NCBI GenBank assembly: GCA_963770565.1
Contig: CAVYQE010000001.1
Location: forward strand, 1,216,001 to 1,280,000
Origin: an uncultured Actinomycetota bacterium
GTDB lineage: Bacteria; Actinomycetota; Actinomycetes; JAFAQI01
Direction of reading: 5' to 3'
Length of the DNA: 64,000 nucleotides
The translations under genes were made by a program, and so were the position numbers. The notes beneath the pieces are model-generated. The model had not been told where the DNA came from. It was given only the letters and a program-made list of their open reading frames with translations, and made no database searches. This document shows positions 37,917 to 44,474 of the stretch, piece by piece; the first letter of the stretch is position 1; each line of letters opens with the position of its first letter.

Positions 37917-38363
37917 CTAGGTGAGCGGTGCCCAGCTGTCGGGCCACCAGTCTCCCTGTGGGTCGGTGGTTTGCCCGACCTCGATGATGTAACCGTCGGG
38001 ATCCCGGATGTAGCACCGGATCTCGTACTGGTGCTGCTTCGGCGGTGTCAGGAACTCAGCCCCCCGGGCGCTCCATTCGGCGTACACGGCGTGGATGTCC
38101 GTGACCCGGATGTTGAGGAAGCTGCTGACCCGGTCGGGGTCGCGTGGCGTCTCGAGGGTGACGGTGGGTTTGTCGTCGGTTGGGCCGCCGCCGGCATTGA
38201 TGACGATGAAGCTGTTGGCGAGCGCGACGTTGGTGGGCGCCGGGCCGAAGACCACTCGGCCGCCGAGGACCTCGGTGTAGAAGCGCTGGGAGCGCTCGAC
38301 GTCGTCGGAAACGATGAAGTACGCCACCACCATCTGGTTGGCGGCCTCCGCGAATTCAGTCAC
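37917..38363 (-). CDS. VOC/glyoxalase family protein
   Basis: VSDDVERSQRFYTEVLGG, RVTDI, YIRDPDGYIIEVGQ. Confidence 0.88.
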   Translation of the reverse strand: MTEFAEAANQMVVAYFIVSDDVERSQRFYTEVLGGRVVFGPAPTNVALANSFIVINAGGGPTDDKPTVTLETPRDPDRVSSFLNIRVTDIHAVYAEWSARGAEFLTPPKQHQYEIRCYIRDPDGYIIEVGQTTDPQGDWWPDSWAPLT

Positions 38364-38396
38364 TGCACCTCCAAGTGTCGCGGCTCATTTCCATCG

Positions 38397-39113
38397 TCAG
38401 TGGCCGGCGATCTGGCCACCATCGATGTGCAGGATTTCGCCGGTGATGAACGACGACGACTCAAGGAACAGGATGCCGTCAACGATGTCGCGGACCTGAC
38501 CCACGTGCCCAACCGGCGGGAGCTGCGTACCCAGCCCGGCGTAGCTCTCGGCCGGATGCACCGGCGTCTGGATGATGCCTGGCGAGACCGCGTTGACCCG
38601 GATGCCGCGGGAGGCGTACTCGATGGCCAGGGACTTGGTGGCCGACGCAAGGCCGCCCTTGGTGAGCGCAGTCAGGACAGCGGGCGCGCTCGAGATGGCG
38701 TAGTCGGCCAGAGTGGTCGTGATGTTGACGACGTGGCCGCCACCGCGTTCCAGCATTTCGGCGATAGCGCGCTGCGTCAGCGTGAAGAAACCGGTGAGGT
38801 TGACGCCGACCACGGCGGCGTAGTCCTCTGCGCTGTAGTCGGTGAACGGTTTGGAGATGTAGATCCCGGCATTGTTCACGAGTGTGTCGATGCGGCCGAA
38901 GCGCTCGAGTGCCCCGCTGATGACCCGGTCGGTGGTGGCAGCATCAGAGATGTCACCGGCAATGGTCAGCAACGTCGGGTCGGCGTCGCCCGTGATGGTC
39001 CGGGACGTAGCCACGACCGCCCACCCCCGCCGGCGATACTCCGCAACCACGCCGGCGCCAATGCCTTGAGAACCCCCCGTGACGATCGCGACCTTGCGAC
39101 GGTGTTCGCTCAT
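38397..39113 (-). CDS. Short-chain dehydrogenase/reductase
   Basis: VTGGSQGIG, LVNNAGI, RVNAVSPG, ITGEILHIDGG. Confidence 0.9.
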   Translation of the reverse strand: MSEHRRKVAIVTGGSQGIGAGVVAEYRRRGWAVVATSRTITGDADPTLLTIAGDISDAATTDRVISGALERFGRIDTLVNNAGIYISKPFTDYSAEDYAAVVGVNLTGFFTLTQRAIAEMLERGGGHVVNITTTLADYAISSAPAVLTALTKGGLASATKSLAIEYASRGIRVNAVSPGIIQTPVHPAESYAGLGTQLPPVGHVGQVRDIVDGILFLESSSFITGEILHIDGGQIAGH

Positions 39114-39123
39114 GACCTTCTTC

Positions 39124-39268
39124 ATTGTGGGGGTCAAAGGTGCCGCGTGGAGCCAGGAGGTGTCCCTGGTCGATCCCTGGTCGCCTCTGGCCTCTGACCT
39201 CTGAGGGCAGGCCAGGGGAGCGCCAGGGAGTTTCACGGGCGCGACCGTTGGGTCGCTGCGAGGATTGT
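39124..39268. promoter_or_regulatory. Back-to-back pair of island promoter elements (copies 8 and 9)
   Basis: Minus strand: CCAGGG-N5-CCAGGG-ACACCT-CCTGGCTCCA (39148-39180) plus CACAAT. Plus strand: CCAGGG-N5-CCAGGG-AGTTTC-ACGGGCGCGA (39212-39244) plus GATTGT. Confidence 0.72.
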
Positions 39269-39300
39269 GAGCAGGCCGGGGTCACCGAGGAGGTCGCGAG

Positions 39301-39957
39301 ATGGCATCGACGGCAACGATTGGTTACCAGCGCCTGACCCGCGATGAGTCCGCGACGCTGTTCGGCCAAACGATGGGTCTCGTCGCAGTCACGACAGCGA
39401 CGTTCGCCCTGGGTGCCTATGCCGGCCGTAACGTGTCGTCGGGGTGGATGTGGGTCTTCTTCATCGCAGCGTTTGTCACCCTGCTAGGAGTCTCGGCCGC
39501 GAGCCGGCGCTCGGAGTGGGCCGCCGTCGGGCTGCTGCTCGCTTTCGGTGCGCTCATCGGGGCAGCGGTGGCGCCGGTCATTGCCGTCTACGCCAAGGCC
39601 GACCCGCAGGCGCTGTGGGACGCCGGAGGTGCGACCGCGCTGTTCATCGTCGGGTTCGGTGCCGCGGGCTACTCCACTCGACGCGACCTGTCACAGCTGG
39701 GGCGGGTGCTGATCTGGGCCCTGCTCGGGCTGATTCTGTTCGGCCTGATCACCCTCCTTCTCCACGTGCCGAACGGAGACGTCGTGTACGACGTCCTCGG
39801 GCTCGTTATCTTCGCCGGCCTCACTGCGTACGACTTCCAGCGACTACGCCGGGTGAAGGACATCAGAACGGCGCCGCTGCTCGCCGCGTCGATCTTCCTC
39901 GACATCCTGAACGTGTTCCTGCTGTTCCTGTCGTTCGGCGGCCGCGGCGAGCGTTGA
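39301..39957 (+). CDS. Bax inhibitor-1/YccA family membrane protein
   Basis: About seven TM helices; IFAGLTAYDFQRL and ASIFLDILNVFL motifs. Confidence 0.88.
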   Translation: MASTATIGYQRLTRDESATLFGQTMGLVAVTTATFALGAYAGRNVSSGWMWVFFIAAFVTLLGVSAASRRSEWAAVGLLLAFGALIGAAVAPVIAVYAKADPQALWDAGGATALFIVGFGAAGYSTRRDLSQLGRVLIWALLGLILFGLITLLLHVPNGDVVYDVLGLVIFAGLTAYDFQRLRRVKDIRTAPLLAASIFLDILNVFLLFLSFGGRGER

Positions 39958-39967
39958 CGACAGTCAG

Positions 39968-40225
39968 TCAGTTTTCGTGGTGTGTTCCCGATGTGCGGGA
40001 GGGTGACGTCGTCGGCTGTGTCCAGGGGTCGGCCACTGAGAGTTTGGCGGATTTGACGTGGGTGACGTTTCGGGTCGCGAGGGTGGCCTCGTGCTGCCGG
40101 CAGATCGATGCGATCTGGGCGTCTAGTGCGCTCATTGGCCGGCCGAGTCGCTGACCGGCTGCCACGATGTCGGCGTAATGTCCGCTGGACTCGGCGTCAA
40201 AGGCCAGGACGTAACCCCGGTACTT
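39968..40225 (-). pseudogene. VapC/FitB PIN-domain toxin remnant (C-terminal half)
   Basis: VLAFD...YADIV....RLGRPMSALDAQIASICRQH.ATLATRN...DPW; N-terminus missing. Confidence 0.75.
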
Positions 40226-40392
40226 CGAACAGCTCACAAACCGCCCGGGAACGGCTGCGACACGACGTAGGGGGTGATTAGACCTGCGCTTCGCGAAGTG
40301 GCATGTGCCGCTCGGCTTGATCACCAACCGCACCCGCCGGTACGACAGAGTAGACGGTTCTGTTCGTTCACGCCGCGTCAGCGGATCCTGCC

Positions 40393-40710
40393 TCAGGTGC
40401 CAGGAAGTGCGCCGAGTTCGGCGCCAGCGAAGGCAGTTGCAATCCGGTCAAGGTGATGCGTCCAAAGTTGATGGTAGAAAGCGTCATCCTCCGCACTCAG
40501 GCCGGAGAACTGGACCTTCACAGTTGTGCTGTCACCGGTCGGGGTGAGGGTGATCTCAATGAGTGCAGGTGTCGGTGTCGCGCTGTCGGGTCCTTGACGG
40601 TTCCATTCCATCACCAGGCGGTGCGGGCGATCTACTTCGATGTAGCGGCCAGTTATCGCAGTCTCGCCGAGGTCAAGGTGGAATGTGTCTCCGGGTCGAG
40701 GAGCCGTCAT
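40393..40710 (-). CDS. SRPBCC/AHSA1-like protein, short or N-terminally truncated
   Basis: GRYIEVDRPHRLVMEW, IEITLTP.GD.T.V, W.HHLDRI; ATGA overlap with the upstream SDR. Confidence 0.65.
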   Translation of the reverse strand: MTAPRPGDTFHLDLGETAITGRYIEVDRPHRLVMEWNRQGPDSATPTPALIEITLTPTGDSTTVKVQFSGLSAEDDAFYHQLWTHHLDRIATAFAGAELGALPGT

Positions 40711-41627
40711 GAAATGAAACGGTGGATGGCCTCGTTGGCGTTGTCCTGGAATGACGGGTTGGCCAGATCGGGCAAGAAGTCCGCTTGGTTGAGCAACGGA
40801 CCGGTGAGCGTGTTGGCCCCGCTGGCGTAGAACACGCCGCTGCACAGGGTCGGGTCGGTGACCCCGTCGACGAGCCGCTTCGCTCCCACGTCGAGTTTGT
40901 GGGCGAGACCTAGGGCGGGCATGACGTACTTGGCGGCTACCCGCATCGGTAGCGGAAGGTCGCTGGCTGCCTGGGTGCCGGTGGTGTTGCCGGGGCTCAC
41001 GGTGATGAATCGGCGGTCGGGGTGTTGGCGGGCCAGGTAGGCCATCCAGAGGGCCCCGATGTACTTGGCCTGGCCGAACGCCAGGTTGAAGTCAGCTTTT
41101 CTGCTGGCGAAGTAGCTGCCGTCGATGACGGTGGCGAGTTCATCGGCTGAGGTTGAGACGAAGGATGGCCCTTTCATCCGCAACTTCGGAACTCCGCGGA
41201 CTGCTTCACTTCCGGCGAGGACCGCAACCTCGCCAAGCCGGTCATCGGCCAGGAGCCCTTCGAGGAGGACGACGTGGCCGAGGACGTTCGTCGCGAACAC
41301 TGTGGTGACCCCGTCAGCGGTCAAGTCCATCGTCTTCGGGCCAATGACGCCGGCGTTCATGACCAGCGCGTCGATCGATCCGTCGATGGCCGCCAGGCCG
41401 TCGCGAACCGAACCCGGATCGGCAACATCCATGACAACGATGTCGAAGAGGCGCCGCCCGGTCGCGGCTTCGAGCTCGGCCTTTGCCGTTGTCGCCCGAT
41501 CCCGGTTCCGGCACGCCAGGTAGATCCGCGCCATGTCGGGACGTGACGCCAGTTGCCGGGCCACCTCCTTGCCGATCCCGACGTTGGCCCCCGTAATCAG
41601 CACCGTCTTTCCCAGGGGTGTGCTCAT
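40707..41627 (-). CDS. SDR family oxidoreductase (retinol dehydrogenase-like)
   Basis: LITGANVGIG, LACRN, VMNAG, FATNVLGH. Confidence 0.85.
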   Translation of the reverse strand: MSTPLGKTVLITGANVGIGKEVARQLASRPDMARIYLACRNRDRATTAKAELEAATGRRLFDIVVMDVADPGSVRDGLAAIDGSIDALVMNAGVIGPKTMDLTADGVTTVFATNVLGHVVLLEGLLADDRLGEVAVLAGSEAVRGVPKLRMKGPSFVSTSADELATVIDGSYFASRKADFNLAFGQAKYIGALWMAYLARQHPDRRFITVSPGNTTGTQAASDLPLPMRVAAKYVMPALGLAHKLDVGAKRLVDGVTDPTLCSGVFYASGANTLTGPLLNQADFLPDLANPSFQDNANEAIHRFIS

Positions 41628-41944
41628 TGGGATGCCCGTTCATCCTCTGTGGGCCTCGGGAGGCCGTCGAGCAAGCTGAAGCGGGCATCCATCGCGACAC
41701 TTCGGACATCGATCAGCCGCTGATATTCAGGCGAGTGGTACCACTTGATGGCCGTCTCATGGTCGGGAAACCGCATGAGTGCCCCTGAAGTGAGCGAGCC
41801 ATCGCCGTGCAGGATCTCCCAGTTACTGTTGGCGAGAGCCTCGCCTCCGTGCTCTTTGGCCGTCTGCCCGGCGTTGGGGCCGTATTTCTCACGATAAACA
41901 TCCGGGTCCTTGACGGTGAATTCGACAATTACGTATGCGCTCAT
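41624..41944 (-). CDS. DUF1330 family protein
   Basis: MSAYVIVEFTVKDP, HGGE.L, FPD.ETA.KWYHSPEYQ. Confidence 0.85.
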   Translation of the reverse strand: MSAYVIVEFTVKDPDVYREKYGPNAGQTAKEHGGEALANSNWEILHGDGSLTSGALMRFPDHETAIKWYHSPEYQRLIDVRSVAMDARFSLLDGLPRPTEDERASQ

Positions 41945-42016
41945 GTGGATACTCCCGAGTTGTATTCCGGATCTGCGTTCTAGGTCCTCACTGTCAAACG
42001 TCACCGCCAACCGGCG

Positions 42017-42769
42017 TTACGCCGCCGCTACTCGGCCTCCATCGACGGCGAGGGTGACGCCGCGGACGAAGCTGGCATCGTCACTGGCGAGGAAGACGAT
42101 CGCCGAAGCGAGTTCCTCAGGTTCAGCTACGCGGCCCGCTGGTGCGAGAAGTGCGAGTGAGGTCACCGTCTCCGCGGGGACTGCCTCCATCATCCGGGTG
42201 CGTGTCGGGCCGGGCGCAACGGCGTTGACTCGGACACCACGCGGGCCGTACTCGGCGGCCCAGGCCTTCGTCAACAGTTCGAGGGCGGCTCGGCTCGCGC
42301 CGTACAGCGCCATACCCGCCTGCCCGAAGCTGGCGACCATCGTGCTGATGTTGACGATCGAACCCCATCCGCGTTCGGCCATGGCCGGCGCCAGTGACGC
42401 GACGAGGAACAACGGAACCTTGACGTTGAGTGCAAAGGTCTCGTCGAACTCTGCTTCGGTCGCTGCCTCGCTTGGTCCGAGAAAGGCGACGCCAGCGTTG
42501 TTGATGAGGATGTCGACGTGGCCATCGCCGGCCTCCTTGGCCCATTCGACCAACTCCTGGGCCGATGCCAGGTCGGCCAACGTGGTGAGGTTGAACGACG
42601 CGCTGCCTCCGCCGTCTTCGATCTCGGCGACCACGTCTTTGGCTCGCTGTCCGTTGCGTCCGACTACCAGTACGTGAGCGCCGCGGGCAGCGAGGCCGAT
42701 GGCCGTAGCCTGGCCGATCCCGCTCGTCGAGCCCGTTACCAGAGCTGTCCTGCCCTTTAGGTCAGTCAT
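42017..42769 (-). CDS. Short-chain dehydrogenase/reductase
   Basis: VTGSTSGIG, LINNAG, YGASR, RVNAVAPGP, VDGG. Confidence 0.92.
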   Translation of the reverse strand: MTDLKGRTALVTGSTSGIGQATAIGLAARGAHVLVVGRNGQRAKDVVAEIEDGGGSASFNLTTLADLASAQELVEWAKEAGDGHVDILINNAGVAFLGPSEAATEAEFDETFALNVKVPLFLVASLAPAMAERGWGSIVNISTMVASFGQAGMALYGASRAALELLTKAWAAEYGPRGVRVNAVAPGPTRTRMMEAVPAETVTSLALLAPAGRVAEPEELASAIVFLASDDASFVRGVTLAVDGGRVAAA

Positions 42770-42790
42770 GCGATGTGTCGCCCTCCAAAG

Positions 42791-42839
42791 TGGGTTCTAT
42801 AACTCACTCTGGCAGGCGCGTTCTGGGTTGTCAAACTCA
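42791..42839. promoter_or_regulatory. Two TGGGTT-N4-AACTCA palindromes, probable TetR operators
   Basis: At 42791-42806 and 42824-42839, between the divergent SDR and TetR genes; TAACCT -10 sits 6 bp before the tetR ATG (leaderless). Confidence 0.7.
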
Positions 42840-42860
42840 GAATCCTGCTAACCTGGGTGC

Positions 42861-43568
42861 ATGGTCAACGAGACAACTGACCGGCCGAAGCTCACCCCCA
42901 AGGGAGCACGCACCCGGGCACGAATCGTGGAGGAGGCCGCCGCCCTAATTCATGAGCGCGGAGTCGCGGCGACCACCTTGGAAGACGTCAAGGTGGCAGC
43001 GGAAGTCAGCGGCTCACAGATGTACCACTACTTCCCCGACAAGGACGAGCTCGTGCAGGCGGTCATCGACTACCAGGCCGACACCATCGTCAGTCGCCAG
43101 CGGCACGCGCTCGGTAGCGCGAACGGTATCGAAGCCTGGCGGAACATGGTGATCACTTCGGCGAGGCGAACCAAGGGAAAGGGGGGCTGCCAACTTGGTT
43201 CGCTCGGTGGTCAACTCGCCGAGAGCGATCCCGAGGCCCGTGACCTCATCGCGGCCGGGTTCGATCAGTGGGCGGCCGCCATCAGCGATGGGCTGCGGTC
43301 CCTCCATGCCGACGGGAAACTCCCGCCGGGCATTGACCCGGACGACCTCGCCACCACTCTGCTCGCCACACTCCAAGGCGGACTTGTCCTCTCCCAAGTG
43401 CAACGGAGTTCCCGCCCGTTCGAAACTGCGGTCGATACCCTCCTCGCCCTTGCCATCGGCAGAGATCACACGGTGCCCCCGGCAGGAATCGAACCTGCGC
43501 CACCGCCTCCGGAGAGCCTTCAGGGCGCGTTGGAAGGCGTTGGACAGAGCCGAAAAACCGCTGTTTGA
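42861..43568 (+). CDS. TetR family regulator (NemR/LmrA-like); the C-terminal extension reads through the att repeat
   Basis: TRARIVEEAA...GVAATTLEDV...SQMYHYFPDK, GCQLG. Confidence 0.9.
   Translation: MVNETTDRPKLTPKGARTRARIVEEAAALIHERGVAATTLEDVKVAAEVSGSQMYHYFPDKDELVQAVIDYQADTIVSRQRHALGSANGIEAWRNMVITSARRTKGKGGCQLGSLGGQLAESDPEARDLIAAGFDQWAAAISDGLRSLHADGKLPPGIDPDDLATTLLATLQGGLVLSQVQRSSRPFETAVDTLLALAIGRDHTVPPAGIEPAPPPPESLQGALEGVGQSRKTAV
43473..43514 (-). repeat. att site: duplicated 3' half of tRNA-Arg(CCG)
   Basis: 41/42 identity to 49465-49506, from the anticodon loop to the 3' end; one T-loop mismatch. Confidence 0.93.
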
Positions 43569-43665
43569 CGCTCGGTCTGGCGTTGGTTGGGTTGGCCCGG
43601 GACGGCCAGATTCGGTTGTGCTGTGTACCAGATGTGTACCGGCTCAGGTCTGCGTTTGGGTGGGT

Positions 43666-43776
43666 TCAAGGGTTGGCAACCGTGAGTTTGGCCGCATTGA
43701 AAGCGACGTTTCGGTCGCGGACGGCGGTGTCGTGCTGTCGGCAGATCGCCGCGATTTCGGTGTCCAATGCGCTCAT
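43666..43776 (-). pseudogene. Second VapC/PIN toxin remnant
   Basis: Manual translation MSALDTEIAAICRQHDTAVRDRNVAFNAAKLTVANP* aligns with the remnant at 39968-40225; the Trp codon is replaced by TGA. Confidence 0.7.
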
Positions 43777-43791
43777 GCTCGGCCGCGGCTT

Positions 43792-44328
43792 CTAGGGCCG
43801 GCGACCGCTGTACGCCAGCATTCTGTCCTGGATGTTGGCGTCGGCGGCGATCTCTACCGCCGGCCCCATCATCGCCTGGCCGAGCGGGTTGTGACCCCGC
43901 AGAAGTTCTGGTGGCACGTGGTGCAGGCCGGCCATCGTTGCCTCGACCGCGGCCGGCGGGAGCGTTTCGTCGGCGCCGATCGATCGCGCCAGGTCCCAGG
44001 TATGAATCAGCAGATCGCCAATCAGGAACCCGGCGAGTTCTTGCTTGGGGATTCCCGCGAACTCCTCCGCCGTCCCTGCGAGATTTGACGGGTCCGCCAG
44101 ATGGACTGCAAAGGCCTCGCGGATCGTCTTCCAGTCGTTACCCGGGGCGGTGGCGGCCCCGAGCATGGCGCCACCGGTCGCCTGCCATTGCAGGGTGTGC
44201 TCGACGAGTGCCTTCACGCTCCAGTCCTGGCATGGCGTCTGGGTGTCCCAGTCCGCGTCGCCGACGAGGGCGGACACCTCGGTCCATTTGTCTGCGACCG
44301 GGCGCCAGACGTCGATTGGTCCGCTCAT
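43792..44328 (-). CDS. TIGR03086-like metal-binding protein (MDMPI/DinB superfamily)
   Basis: WDTQTPCQDWSVKALVEH, DLLIHTWDLARSIG, RMLAYSGR.P. Confidence 0.85.
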   Translation of the reverse strand: MSGPIDVWRPVADKWTEVSALVGDADWDTQTPCQDWSVKALVEHTLQWQATGGAMLGAATAPGNDWKTIREAFAVHLADPSNLAGTAEEFAGIPKQELAGFLIGDLLIHTWDLARSIGADETLPPAAVEATMAGLHHVPPELLRGHNPLGQAMMGPAVEIAADANIQDRMLAYSGRRP

Positions 44329-44474
44329 GGCGATTCTCCCTTGTCGTCGTTGTGACGCAGCGGATCTACTATCGCTGTTCGGTCGATTCATGGCAGGCCA
44401 ACACAAGGATTGGGCTCGCTGCCCGTTGGCCCTCGTCACCGGCAACAGCCGTACCGCGCGGATAGGGTGCGGCC

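Noticed and set aside
43473-43514. A second tRNA-Arg gene
   Set aside because: Only the 3' half is present; the D arm and the 5' acceptor strand are missing.
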